From the NCBI RefSeq assembly GCF_001194135.2, contig NC_068982.1, forward strand, positions 122,558,692 to 122,612,907: a DNA stretch of 54,216 bases, given 5' to 3'. This document shows, in pieces, positions 37,774 through 50,485 of the stretch. How positions within the stretch are numbered: position 1 is the first letter of the stretch; each line of letters opens with the position of its first letter. The translations under genes were made by a program, and so were the position numbers. The notes under the pieces are model-generated. The model searched no databases. It saw only the letters and a program-made list of their open reading frames with translations, and was not told where the DNA came from. This DNA comes from Octopus bimaculoides (taxonomy: Eukaryota).

Positions 37774-38560
37774 GCTTCAAAAGCGCTCCCAATGTGTGAA
37801 TATTAAAAGCCCTTGAAATGTACAAGAGTCTCCAGTAATCTCTTGCTTTGACATGGTGTGACAAAATGGACTACATCTCTCTTTTTAAGCCACAATAATA
37901 GAGATATGTCATCAAACAAAATCAAAATAAATTGTAGAATTTCCCAAGTTGATTCTCTTTTATGTCTCTTGTTGTGTATGGCACTCTTCCCACTTTTTAT
38001 TGAACTGAATAACACAGGGTACTGATACATACAAAGAAACAACAACTGCAAAATCTGTCACTTATTCTTTATGAATGACCTGAAATTATATGCTAAGCAT
38101 GATTAAGTGTCAGAAGGACTTGTAACCACAGTAAAGCAGTTTAACAGCAGTATAGGAATGGAATTTGAACTTGAGAAGTGTGCAAAAGCAACTATCAAGA
38201 AGGGAAATGTCACTGAAACACTGCTCATCAAACTTGACCAAGACACCACTATACAAGAACAGGATCCTGAGGGCACTTATAAATATTTAGGTAAAAGTAA
38301 GGATGACAGAATCTAACTTACCAAATGAAGGAAAAAATCCAAAAAGAGTATTACAGAAGAGTACAGCTGGTTCTGAAAACTGAACTCAACTCTAAAAATC
38401 TTAGCAAAGCAATGAGTATATTAACTGTATCTGTTGCAGGATGGTTGTGTGGATACAAGCTTCCCAGCCAAAATGTTGACTTTTGATATCTTAAATGCTG
38501 GGATTGTGCCACATCTCTGGAAGATACAAATTAATAGTCTGTAGATAAATCCACTTCTCT
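37772..38560 (+). mobile_element. R4/Dong-clade LINE RT fragment, decayed
   Basis: RISQVDSLL (like GIFQGDSLS), HLFFMNDLKLYAK (like HLLYMDDLKLYAK), IGMEFELEKCAK, TYKYLG and KEYYRRVQLVLKTELNSKN. Starts right after (ATA)n at 37730-37771. Confidence 0.8.
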
Positions 38561-38839
38561 GTAAATTGATATCATTAAAGCATTTGTAAATTGGTACCAT
38601 GCAGAGCACTTTACTGCTCACTGCTGCGTAACTGATATAATTTCATTTGCTTGCAAAACTGGGCTCAAATTCTCCCATATGTTTTGGGAAGCTAATACGG
38701 AAAATTAGTATGGTAACTTTGGGTTACAAAACATAAATATTATTGTTACAGGGAGGCGGGCTTTTGAAAAGCAAGAGGGCTTTTGAAAAAAAAACAGAAA
38801 AGGCAAAACTTTGTTGATTACATAATGGATGGCAGTTGC

Positions 38840-39088
38840 ATGCTTTAGGTTCACAACCAGTTTTTACCTATAAACCCCTTTGATTCCTTTTTTACTCAGA
38901 TGGACCCTCAAAGCCATTCTATGCTTTAAAAATTCTTATATTTTTATAATTAAATATTATTTGGAATTGTATAAAAAAAATTGTTAAAATTGTAGGAGTA
39001 TAATCAGTTTATTGCACATAAAATTTAACAGTAGAATCTTATATGGACTGCCAAGGGCCATATGGACCCTGGTTGAGAACCACTGCTT
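38840..39088. mobile_element. Possible hAT-type MITE remnant
   Basis: The right end CCTGGTTGAGAACCACTG is the reverse complement of the hAT-like terminus CAGTGGTTCTCAACC. The left end is degenerate. Confidence 0.4.
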
Positions 39089-39792
39089 TAGGGTCTGATC
39101 AAATATATTGAACAGTTAAGTCATTGAACATGTAATGGAGATGTTTTATATAAAAATACTCTCAATATTACTTGAACATTATTCTTTCCTTCTTGTTTTT
39201 GAGAAATTGTAATCAGATTCTCATCTATATCATGTACAATTTCTTTAATGCTCAATTAATTACCAATTTCCTTAACGTAAGCATTCATTTTCATCATCAT
39301 TCATACTTTATATCCTGGTTTTATTTCCTCTTATCAATTAAAAAAGAAATATTACTTTCTATAACTTAGTTCAATCATAATGTTCTTCATTAGATATGTA
39401 CATAACATTTTATAAAACGAGATACCCTGTTTACTTAGTATAATTGCTTATTTACTCTATATCATTAATCCTGTTTTCTTAACAGTAAATTTTGTACATT
39501 TTTTTAATCTGTTTATACATATACATTTGGTTTTAAAGACATACTTCATCTGATACAATTAAGATGTCCAACCCTTGTGACACTATATGGAGCCTTAAAA
39601 AGTTGTTTTGTGATGCATGAACTCTTGGTCTTGATTAGTATAAACCAAATACATATGCACACACCCAACCTATTTTATTATTGAACTTTATTGTACTTTT
39701 TCTTTATCAGATACTAACATATACACAGGAGTAATAATAATAAAATTGATTTAAAAAATGCCAGTGGTAATGATAATAATAGCAATAATAAT

Positions 39793-40000
39793 AATCCTTT
39801 CTACTAAAGGCCTGAAACTTTGTGGAGGAGGGGACTAGTTGATTACATCAGCCCCAGTGTTTCACTGGTGCTTAATTTATCAACCTTGAAAGGATGATGG
39901 GCAAAATTGACCTGAGTGGAATTTGAACTCAGAACATAGTGGCAGACGAAATACTACTAAGCATTTCACCCAGTGTGCTAAAGAGTCTGCCTGCTCACCA
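39793..40000 (-). mobile_element. SINE family A
   Basis: Family motifs, TAA-rich flanks. Confidence 0.8.
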
Positions 40001-41039
40001 TCAACAGTAATACTGATAACATTAACGATAGTAACAACAATAATAAAAATAATAGCAATAATATAATAGCAATAATAAGAAGAATAGTTCTGAACAAAAT
40101 TTCATTCACATCATGTAACACATTTAAGTGCAAGTGTGTGTGCTTGCGCACACGTGCGTGCGCGCACACACACACACACACATACATACACTTATATACA
40201 TACATATATAATCTCACTACGGTCAATTTTGCCATTCATCCTTTCATTGGGAGGGGGAGGGATTCAATGAATATAAGCAGTACACTTTTGTATGTTGTAC
40301 TTTGGCTTGCAGCCATGCCATAGCACTATCTCCAAGTCTTTTACTTGATTTTATCAATCTTCAGTAATTTGACTGGTGCTTATTTTATAAATCTCTGTCT
40401 ATCAAATGGCTAAGTTCACTTAGCTTGGCAGACTACAGGTAGTTTTCCTTTTGACATATTGATTTATTGACTGTCCCTTAAATAAAATAAAATTACATTG
40501 TTTGTAGTATGATGTAAGAAAGATACTGATTATTAGAACCTCAAGTATGTAATATAATGAATTGAATAACTTCAATTAACTGAGATTATCCATACAATTA
40601 GTAGCAAAACCTCCCTCTAAAAGGATGTAAAATCGTGTGTAACAAAAAGCAAGGGAAATAATTCCTAGAAGGATCAATTGCTGTGAGGTTTAGAAGCACA
40701 GATATGACAATGTGGTTAATAAGTTTGCTTGACAGTCACATAATTTCTAGTTCAATCCCACTACATGACACTTTGGCAAGTATCTTCTATTACAGTGCTC
40801 CGCAACCTTTTCCCACTTGCACTACACTTATATTCTTTTCAAAATTCAGTGGCACACCTGAACTAAAAATATAACTAAAAGTATAAAGAAAAAAATTATA
40901 TTCAGGTTACACTGCAGAACACTTAACATTGCCTTGTGACATACCAGTGTGCTGCAGCATGCCAGTTGCAGAGCACTGTTCTAAGTAGGCAACGTTTTGA
41001 AACATGAAATTCATCACAATATATTTCAACAATGCAGAA

Positions 41040-41350
41040 ACTTTATTCATCAAAGTAAGTACCATTACAATCTACACATTTTTGCCAACAAGTTACAAGT
41101 TTGTTTTTCCGGTAATATAAAAATCTGGAGTTCTGGAGCTAATGAACTCTTTGACGGTCTTTCTCAATGACACTCTCAGCATTGGTTTGATTTTTGAACT
41201 CCTTCTCTTGCAGGGAACCATCAAGTTGCTTGAAAAACTGGTAATCAGTAAGAGAAAGGTTTGGGAATAAGCTGGGTGGAGAGGAGCTTCGTAGGCAAGT
41301 TCCCTCAACTTTCAGAAAGCTCCATACCAATTTAACTTTATGCAGCATTT
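41040..41350 (-). mobile_element. Mariner transposase C-terminal fragment
   Basis: Frameshifted HPAYSPNLSLTDYQFFKQL...FYITGKTNLVTCWQKCVDCNGTYFDE*. Confidence 0.85.
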
Positions 41351-41897
41351 GCTGTTAGCTTATGTGTAGGCTATGTGGGAAGACAGAATAAAGGGGCATT
41401 TGTTAGCTTATATCTCTGAAAGATAACTCTCTTTGCTGTTGAAAAAAATAAACTTGCAGAGATGAAGTTTCAACGCCTTCCTTCAATTTCCTTATACCAT
41501 TTCTGATAAGAAATTTTGCTTTCATGTAAAACAACTATATTTTGTAGTGATTATCCGTAATCTACTCCCAAAACACTTCAGTAGCTCTACTTTGCATTGC
41601 TTTCAAACTTATATATTCATTGATCATTAAAGTGCAACAACCTCCACAATAACCTGTCTTCAATCTGATTTTACGTTCCTAGGTTAATCGGAAACATAGA
41701 TTGCTGTACTACTCATAAACCTTCCCAGTAGTTCAATTATTTGGTGAAAAAAATACCACCAAAGCAACTTAAACCATCCAAAGCATGGGGTGTGCTTGCT
41801 AGTATTATATAAAACATACCCAACTGTATTTCTGTCTACATTACTTAAAGGTATATTCCTTACCCGTATTGTAGACTGTTATTTACTTTTGCTTGGC

Positions 41898-42260
41898 AGT
41901 ATGGTCAAGAAGTTCACTTTGCAACCATGTGGTTTTTAGTTCAGTCACATTGTGTGGATCCTTGGGCAAGTGTGTTCTACTAAAGCCTGATGAATGAATT
42001 TGGTAGACAGAAACAGTATAGAAGCCATTGTTTGTATGTATGTAGGTATGTATGTACGTTTGTATGTATGTATGTATGTATGTATGTATGTGTAAGTTTG
42101 TATGTGTGTGTGTATGTCTGTGTCTGTATTTGTTCCCACCTCTCTATCCCTTGACAACTGGTATTGATGATTATTTACAGATTGGGGTCAATTTGTTTGA
42201 CTTAACCTTTCAAGGAATTGCCCCAGCTTAGCCACAGTCCCACAACTGAAAAGATCTAAA
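41898..42260 (+). mobile_element. SINE family B, degenerate
   Basis: Head, CTTGGGCAAGTGT core, (TATG)n and tail. Confidence 0.7.
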
Positions 42261-44491
42261 TAAAAGAACATTTTGGACTGCTTTCTTTCATTCTTCAAAA
42301 TCTGTTATTTGGCAACATGTACATCTAGCCATCTTTTGTTCCAGCTGAACAATAACAAAATTAACTGAATAGAGATTATGAACAAAATTAGTTTTTAGCA
42401 ATAGAACTGTGTACTGGGATCAAATAGATCAATGTAATTGAATGAGATCAACATAATCCAAATTCTTAGGGCAAATGACAGATGATTGATTCTTGAATTC
42501 TCTTTTTGCACTCCCTGAATAGACTTAGGATCAAATTATTGACAAAAACATTATTGACAAAACCATTACTGCTAAACTTGGAATAAATTCTTTTGTATTT
42601 AAGATGTAGCAGTTTTTACTTTTTTATCAATCAAAATTCATAATAATTTTTTTAATCTTTTGTCTAATTGTGCTGAGATGTGAACCAAACATTTTGCAGT
42701 GACATATCTAACTTCTTATGGTTGTTCTCATCCTAACAAAAATTTAATAGTTTTAGGCTTGATGAAATGAGTACAAAAAACACGATACAATGTAGTCAGG
42801 CCAGATTAATTGATGGCTCTCTCTCACCCTCTGTCTTTTGTTAATTCAGAAAAAAGAACTATGATATGCCAACTAATATACATTTTTATATGCTTACATA
42901 GCAATTTGATCATAAACACTTCAGTAAGTTACAGTGAATCTGCACTTTGCTGTTTACTTACCAATAATGCAAAACATATTTGGATTTGTTTTTCATACTA
43001 ATTGTCCAAGTAATATAACGTTTCTTTTATCACATAACTGGTTTACTTTGGCTTTTTTAACATTATAAGCATTAAATAAGCTTTTGTGTATTAACTGTTA
43101 ATAATCTTGTGGATGGCATTTTATACATTGCTGTATGTTTAGTTAGTGATTCAATTGCCAGTACTTTAGCAAGTAACAGTGAGTTTGCATTTCACTGACA
43201 AACTCTGACAGACTGAACCATGTCCTAAGTTGTCTTCTGCATATATAAAAAAAAAGAAAATTGGTCGGGATGGAAGAGCTGTACACATGGCTTTTACAAG
43301 ATCTCTGAAACTGGTGAGATTAACAGAGTTTGAATTCTTCTTGAGCTGTTGCAAGTCAACAGCTGCAGGCAGAACATGTACAGGGAGGAATTCAAGGAAG
43401 CCGATGAGCTGAGAATTGTGGAGTGGAGAATAGGGTGTTGGGTAAACACAATGCAAATGATGAGAGAAGAGAGGAGTAAGTTGGGAGTATTTGAGTGGAG
43501 GTAGCATGAGTGTAGTCAGCTATGAGGAGTAGAGGACAATGTAGTGATAGTAGAAAAGGCAGAGAAAGGAGGTAGTACATCTGTGGGCCATAGGTTGGTG
43601 TGTGTTAGTGAGTGACTTCATGTTAATCAGTCAAGTGGCCTCTCTTTGGATGCAGTATAAGAAGCCTGAGTGGGTAGCAGCTACACCATGGAAGAGGTAG
43701 GGTCAGCTTCCATTGCAGGTCTCATCTGAGCTTAATAGCAGATTAGTTGTTGAGGGCTGAAATATTTCCTCACCTTGAAGTGGCAGGCTAATCTTTCTGA
43801 TGCAGCTTTTACACTGTTGAAGATGTGTGCTTGCCAGGACAAATGCTCTGTGAAGGCCTAGAACTTGTAGTTTCCTTGAGTGTTCTAATTGTGTACTGTT
43901 TGATGTGCAATTGAAAATCACTTTGATCTGAAGGCTATATGTGACATACAACTGTGATTAAACACCCATCCAATTGCTCAGATTGCATGCAAAAGACTAC
44001 ATTTATATATTATTATTAATCTTTGTAAACAACTTCCTCTATTATCAAGATACTGCATGTAATACTAGTCTACAGAGAAAGTGCTGAAAGCTAGCTTGGT
44101 CTTACTTTTATTAAAGAATTATTATTTCAAGCTGTTTTGGGTGTCAGTTCATTTTTAGTATATTTTTAATCTCTTTGAATTAGCAACAAAGAATTCCCTG
44201 CTTTGAATTATGTATATTGTAGTAAAGGATTTCCAGAACACTGGGTACTATACTGTTTTCTTGATATGTGTTTTTGTGTCTATTGAAGGAGAGAAAACTG
44301 GCATGACCTAGTTGGAGGATGTTTTTGAAGATGCATATATGATGAAAATATAATTTTGGTCTATAAATAATGTTTCTTTTTGTGTATAACTTGTTTTTTT
44401 ACATTGAGACTTTTTTATTCTAAACATTAAATATGATTTCACCTACTTAACTATTGTTTCTTCATGATGTTTTTTTATTTTTATTTTTCAG

Positions 44492-46728
44492 TCGTTTGAA
44501 CGTGTGGTGGTACAAAATATTCTCCATGGTTTATCACCAAGCTTATGTGAAGCTATACACAGTGTATCAAGGTGGAAGGTCATTCAGACAGCTTTTCCTC
44601 ATGTGTTACATGCATGTGCTGCTCTTCTCGCAGAAAGAAAGCAAAGAGATGCTATTGCAAAGTTTACCAACTGTGAAACAAAATTACTCTATACTTTACA
44701 TTGGATTCTTTTAGATGCAGCATCAGAATGTGAAGACAATTGGGCAGAAATGAATCAGGGAGCTCCAAGTGGACGTACTTACATGCATGCACTTGGTACC
44801 ATTCAACTTTTTGTGTACTTACTAGCACCACTAGTACACACCTTATCTGAAACAGATTTTCAGAGTTTGAAATTGGAGAATGGATTAAGAATATGGCAGC
44901 CTTTGATAGATCATTGCCTCCCTGATGTATCTTGTTTCTCATCCCTTGTCAAGCCTCAACGCAACATCTTGAAAGCTCATCGTAGCAATACAAAACATAA
45001 CACCAATGCTGCCAACATATACATCGGTAAAGGTTGCTCTGAGCAGAATCTTTATCATGGTGTTGAACTTTGTATTGATGAAAAAGAAGACTTAAACGTT
45101 TTCAGTGGTAATGAGCCTACATCTCCATTAGCACCTCTTGCACATATGAGTGACATCTGTGCTTTGTCAAGCTCTGACAGCCAATCTGCCACAGTTGATG
45201 TTGTCTGTGAATATTGCAATTCTGTTGTGCCTGTTCGTTCAAGTAAAAATGGTACATGTAAATGTAGAGGGAAAAACAGTAGCATCAAGTTTTCTTTTGA
45301 TTCAAAGCTTTCTGTTTTGCCTAAGGTACCTGAGACTCCACCAGATAAAGATTATTTAAATCAGAAATTGACAAGTGCTGATACTAGTTGTTCAAAAAGC
45401 TCTAGTTCTACATCTCCTGATGTTTTGTCTGCTTGCTATTTTGATATTGCAGTACTTAGGTGTTTATTTTGCCTACATTGGCCTGAAGATGGTATTTATT
45501 GGGCTTTAAAGTATATTCATCGTCGACTTTTAGAGATATGTGATGAATATGTTAGAATGGGACATTCAGAACGTGAACGAAGCAAGTCTCTACCAATTCC
45601 AAGTATACAAGTGCTACAAATGTATTCTGCCATGCCCTATCCATCTATGAATGTACAGGATTCTGTATATTCTCCCTGTACTCCACGGCGCAAGTCTTAT
45701 AACACATCCAACCAAAATCTTTCATCCACAAATCTTTCTCAAGCACCCACCACACATAAAGAACCACCCCATAAACGCATTAGAGTAACCGAACTAAAAC
45801 AGTTGTTTGATTCTTCACGCAACAAGAAATACACTGCCGAACCAGAAGAAAATGAATTACGTTCTCTAAGAAGTACACGTGCTGAACCTTCAAACATTTC
45901 TCTCAAATCTCTCAAAGCAGATTCTTCAAGTTCTTGTACTTTATCAACATTAGACACTGATTCTGATTTTCCTCGACCAAATTCAGCATTTGCCAATTAC
46001 CTTGATGTCAAGAAAGATAGCAAGTCAGATGATATATTTTCTGATCCAGCCCGTCGTAAAAGCATGCCCTCTCTACATCAGTCAGATAAGGATTCACTGG
46101 CTGGGACTAATCAGTTAAGCAATCAAGCCTCTCCTTGTTCAGGTAGGGTTGATTCAATGCCTGTTGGATTAAATCTGAAATCCAGCCAACAGCCAAGTCA
46201 ACGAGAACATCTTTTACATCCTATAATAACCATCACAGAACATAGTCCTTGTGATACAACACCTCTGGCTGCTCCACCTCAATCTCCTAACTTATCTGAC
46301 AGACAGCGTCGAGGCAGCAATGACTCCAGAAGACAAGTCCAAGACTTCAGCTCAATAACAACACTGAACATGGCACGCAGCATGACTGATTCTAATATTG
46401 CATATTCTACTGAAGATGATATTCAGGAAGCTTCAGGATCTGTTTACTATATCCAAGACAATGGCCAATTTAATTATGGCATCATTCTAAAGGCAGTACA
46501 TTTTGTGTCCATGAATGAACACAGCCCAAGAATATGTGAAGTGTTGTTGAATATTTTAAATTCACTTTTGGATCTAGATATTATAGATATGAAAAAGTCT
46601 GAGTCAGAAGCTTCCAAACCAGATTCTACTGGTGTTATTGATGAAAATGCTAAGAAATCAGAAGACAAGAAAGAAACAAATAAAAATGAAGAAACTACTT
46701 ACTGTATTGCTATGGATAGTATTGTGAG
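44492..46728 (+). CDS. UNC80: UNC80 coding exon 3, 2237 nt (SFERVVVQNILHGLSPSL...AMDSIV(R))
   Basis: Poly-T acceptor tttttcAG at 44490-44491 and a 745-codon open frame. UNC80 motifs: LHGLSPSLCEAIHSVSRW, ETKLLYTLHWILLDA, GLRIWQPL, YFDIAVLRCL, HWPEDGIYWAL, RSMTDSNIAY, RICEVLLNIL. Donor AG|GTAGGA at 46729; the ORF-track stop is the donor's TAG. Confidence 0.96.
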
Positions 46729-47461
46729 GTAGGAATTTTAAACTACTTTTTGTGTTATTATTTCTTTGTTTTTATTCATGTTTTTTTTAATCTAAATCTT
46801 GCATAATATAAATCTCTTGACTGTTCAGCTGCTGATAAACTGGGATAAGCGCTGGTAGCTGGTAACGTTAATGCATTTGCAGGCCTGTCAAAGTTTTCTA
46901 GGTAGAAAATTGTTACTGAAGGGATTTTCAGGAAGATGACTATGTAAATATTTGCATTCTCTATAAGTTCCATGTCTGCATTTTCCTCAATTGGTGCTCA
47001 TAAAAGCATATGTGCCATCTACAAGCTTTTCCCAGAAACATAAGATGCTCTTTGAAATATCTCATCCATCTCATTCTGAAATGTTGAATCCTCAGGAGTA
47101 AAGCATACAAAGTTTAAGTTCCTGGGAGACTTAACAGTGATTTGTGATTTATCTCTAACTTAAGGTATTGGACGATATATACATATTTGTTAGACACACG
47201 TATATGCATATTTGTATACATTTTAAAAGAGATAAGAGAGAATATCTAGAAGTTTGAGAACTAGAGTTAGCAATAGTAGTAACAACAACAAAGGGAATTT
47301 CTGCTAGAAAAGTAACAGCCAAATCTCCCTCAAATCACTCCCTACATTCTTTAAAAAACAAAAGACACACCGAGTAATATAGTCCAAGATACACTATGTA
47401 TGAATAAAAAACAGGACAATTACAGCTGAAACACTTTTAATCATATAATGTTTGGTTGTAA

Positions 47462-47690
47462 TAAGGTAGTGAACTGGCACAATTGTTAGGACACTGGGCA
47501 AAATGCTTAGCAGTATTTCATCTGTCTTTATGTTCTGAGTTCAAATGCCACCAAGGTCAACACTTTGCCTTTCCTCCTTTCAGGGTTGATAAATAATTAC
47601 TAGTATGGCGNNNNNNNNNNGGGGGGGGGGGGTAATAGATTTAACCCCGTCCTTGAACTTGTTGGCCTTGTGCCAAAAATTTGAAAGCAA
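47462..47690 (+). mobile_element. SINE family A (spans a 10-N gap)
   Basis: AAGGTAGTGAACTGGC head and GAGTTCAAATGCC B box. Confidence 0.78.
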
Positions 47691-47729
47691 TATGTTTGGT
47701 TGTAGATGAACTAAGGCTAAACTTTGTGA

Positions 47730-48050
47730 AGTCGCGTGGCTTAGTGGTTAGGGCATTCGGCTCACGATTGTAAGGTCATGAGTTCAATTCCTGGCGACGT
47801 GTTGTGTCTTTGAGCAAGACACTTTATTTCACGTTGCTCCAGTCTACTCAGCTGGCAAAAATGAGTAGTACCTGTATTTCAAAGGGCTGGCCTTGTCACA
47901 CTCTGTGTCATGCTGAATCTCCCTGAGAACTACATTAGGGGTACATGTGTCTGTGGATTGCTCAGTCACTTGCACGTTAATTTCACGAGCAAGCTGTTCC
48001 ATTGATCGTATCAGCTGGGACCCTCGTTGTCGTAAGCGATGGAGGGCTCC
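47730..48050 (+). mobile_element. tRNA-derived SINE family D
   Basis: Head GTCGCGTGGCTTAGTGGTTAGGG...GAGTTCAATTCCTGGCGAC, then the TTGAGCAAGACACTT central domain. A related degenerate copy lies at about 10060-10225(-). Confidence 0.75.
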
Positions 48051-48152
48051 ATTTTTTAAGGCTAAACTTTAACAACAACAAAATAACATAAATACACACA
48101 ATGAACAATTTGAAAAATTACCATTTTTTTTTTTTTTTTTTACCTTTTCCAG

Positions 48153-48394
48153 GATATACAAGTCTCTTGGATGTCCCCAGGGTTGTGGTGATGGTGTCAG
48201 GGGTACCAATGGTGAAAATCTTAGGCAAAAGGGACAAACCTGTTTACAAAGACTTCAAAGAGGGAATCCGTCATTGTTTCGGAAATATCTACGTGATTCT
48301 GTTCATAGACATTCAATCCAAGACAGTGTGGATTTTATGCATTCGATACTTGGATTTTGTATTGAGTCAGGAAGTGTAGTTCAATCTCCAACTG
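48153..48394 (+). CDS. UNC80: UNC80 coding exon 4, 242 nt ((R)IYKSLGCPQGCGDGVRG...VDFMHSILGFCIESGSVVQSPT(G))
   Basis: Long poly-T acceptor ...ccttttccAG and donor ACTG|GTGAGT. Phase 2 in matches exon 3. KSLGCxxGCGxG and VDFxHxxLGFCxE are UNC80 motifs (recalled human KSLGCAYGCGEG; VDFLHALLGFCMEP). Confidence 0.94.
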
Positions 48395-49289
48395 GTGAGT
48401 CATTTACTTATTTATTATTATTTGTTCTCATGTTTTATATTGATGTTATCCAACATAAATTCAAAATGAATGTGATGTTGACTGTCTGCTAACTGATGAT
48501 GGTGATAATAATAGAGTAGAAGAGGAGTGAAAGTAAATGAGACAATGTATTCTTGATTTCCTTATGATAATTCTCTTAATTACTCCTCAGTCACAGGTAT
48601 GGCTGTGTGGTTAAGAAGCTCACATTGCAATCTCATGGTTTAAGGTTCAGTCCCACTATGTGGCACCTTGGGTAAATGTCTTCTACTATAACCTGGACCA
48701 GTTTGTGTGTGTGTGTGTACCCTTGTCTTGACATCATGTGATGATTGTAAATAAGCATTACTGCCATATAAACAATGTTTGTTTCCAGTCTTCTGTGGTG
48801 AAATATATCTTGGTTGGAAACAAATAAGGTTTGGCAACAGGAAGAACATCTGGCTGAAGAAATTCTGCCTGTTAAAGGGTTGAAGAAAGAAATACCACCA
48901 TGATCAGTTGCCATAGTTTGCTGAAGCTACCAAAATCATTTATGTAATTAAAATTGTATGCATGTCAGTTTGAAGCAAGTGTAATCAAGATGGGATTTTC
49001 AAAGGCTTTCAGTTTGTGTGTGTATGCAGAGTGCAATAAAACACCACAAATGGAATGGAATTATATGAAAGAGTGCTCCTGACAGAACCATCCTGTTTGA
49101 AGAATTAAATTGGATTGGACGGCTCATGCTCAATCCACTGTAGGACAAGGGCCTCAGCATGTTCCCTCCACCAACCATGGTCTGGTGCATAGGCCACAAA
49201 CATGAGCTTGTGATCACACTGGCTTGATGGATCTACTGTTACAGTGGCCCAACATGGTTTTGCAGAGGGATGCAGTTTTTATACTCATA

Positions 49290-49470
49290 CACAGGAGTGG
49301 TTAAGTTGATTACATCTATCATAGTGCTCAGCTGGTACTTGTTTTATTGACCCCAAGAGGATGAAAGGTAAAGTCAACTTTGTTGGAATTTGAACTCTGA
49401 ACATAAGGATGAATGAAATACCACTAAGTATTTCACCAGGCATGGTAACGATTCTACCAGCTCACTGCCC
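49290..49470 (-). mobile_element. SINE family A
   Basis: Family motifs on the minus strand. Confidence 0.75.
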
Positions 49471-50422
49471 TGTTTGAGGAATAGCAACTAATAAATATTT
49501 TGCTTTCTTGAGGGTCATTTTGCAGACATTCTAGTTGTGGTTAACTTCTTTAAGGTGTTCTTCTGAATTCTTCATTAGTACAACTGCAGTGCTGTTGTGT
49601 GTGAGTTATTGAAGGAGTTTGAGGGATTATAGGTTTGATCACATGAATGGGGAGGAACATACCATGGAGTAGAAGGCTTTAGTCAGTAAGTTAACTCCTA
49701 TCACTGACTGTTGGTTTTGTTTACTTCAAAACAGCCCTGATTGAGCAGACCTACGAACAAAAACATACCATTTGGCACAGCTCCATATTTTGGTATATCT
49801 AGGACTACATTGTCCAGTGTGTTCCCCACCTTTTTCCAAGATGGTGGTGATGAGATTAGAGGTCTGATTAGAGAGAGTTGAACTCACCATTACTAGCCAA
49901 CAAAATGGTTAACAATGTTTTTTACAGTTCTGGATCATCCCATCCTGCTTAAGTGAACTTGGTCATCGAGTATTATTAATTGTCTTGGCAAAGGACACAG
50001 TACAGTGTCACAATACACTGGATGTCTGATCCATGAATGCACTCGTAAATGAATAAATACAAGTCTTATAATCTCAATTTTTTAAGGTTTTTATCTCATC
50101 CTACTGAAACATGTAATGACTTTCAAGTTAAGCAATTCCATGTTGGTAAATTCACAATTAAGAGTTTAGTGCTTGAGAAACATTGATTTATTTTCAAAGA
50201 AACTAATATGAGTCAAACTTTCATCATATTTTATGTATTTATTTATTTTCATTTTTACTCAATTCATGTGAAACAGATTCCATTTGTACAATCTTACAAT
50301 CATGGTTGGATTCTGAATGCATTGAGAAACTGGCATCAGGTGACCAATTTGTAATCATAACAAAAAAATCAGCACTTTTTCTTTCACTGTTTTTATAAAA
50401 TTATATATCTTTATATACTTTT

Positions 50423-50485
<63 letters not shown>

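Noticed and set aside
41980-42025. CTGATGA...GAAAC hammerhead-like match
   Set aside because: It arises by mutation of SINE-B sequence (CCTTGTGAGTGGATTTGGTAGA.GGAAA). No stem I or II pairing.
43370-43960. Purine-rich region with 60-113 aa ORFs on both strands
   Set aside because: No motif I can assign. Probably an old repeat remnant, and the evidence is insufficient.
44504-46732. 742-aa ORF as a stand-alone intronless gene
   Set aside because: The start is a GTG inside a spliced exon, with the acceptor 12 nt upstream. The stop is part of the GTAG donor. Homology continues in exons on both sides.
47731-47800. Possible tRNA gene (CAC anticodon-like loop)
   Set aside because: The anticodon and T stems do not pair well, and it runs directly into a SINE body. 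Treated as a SINE head.
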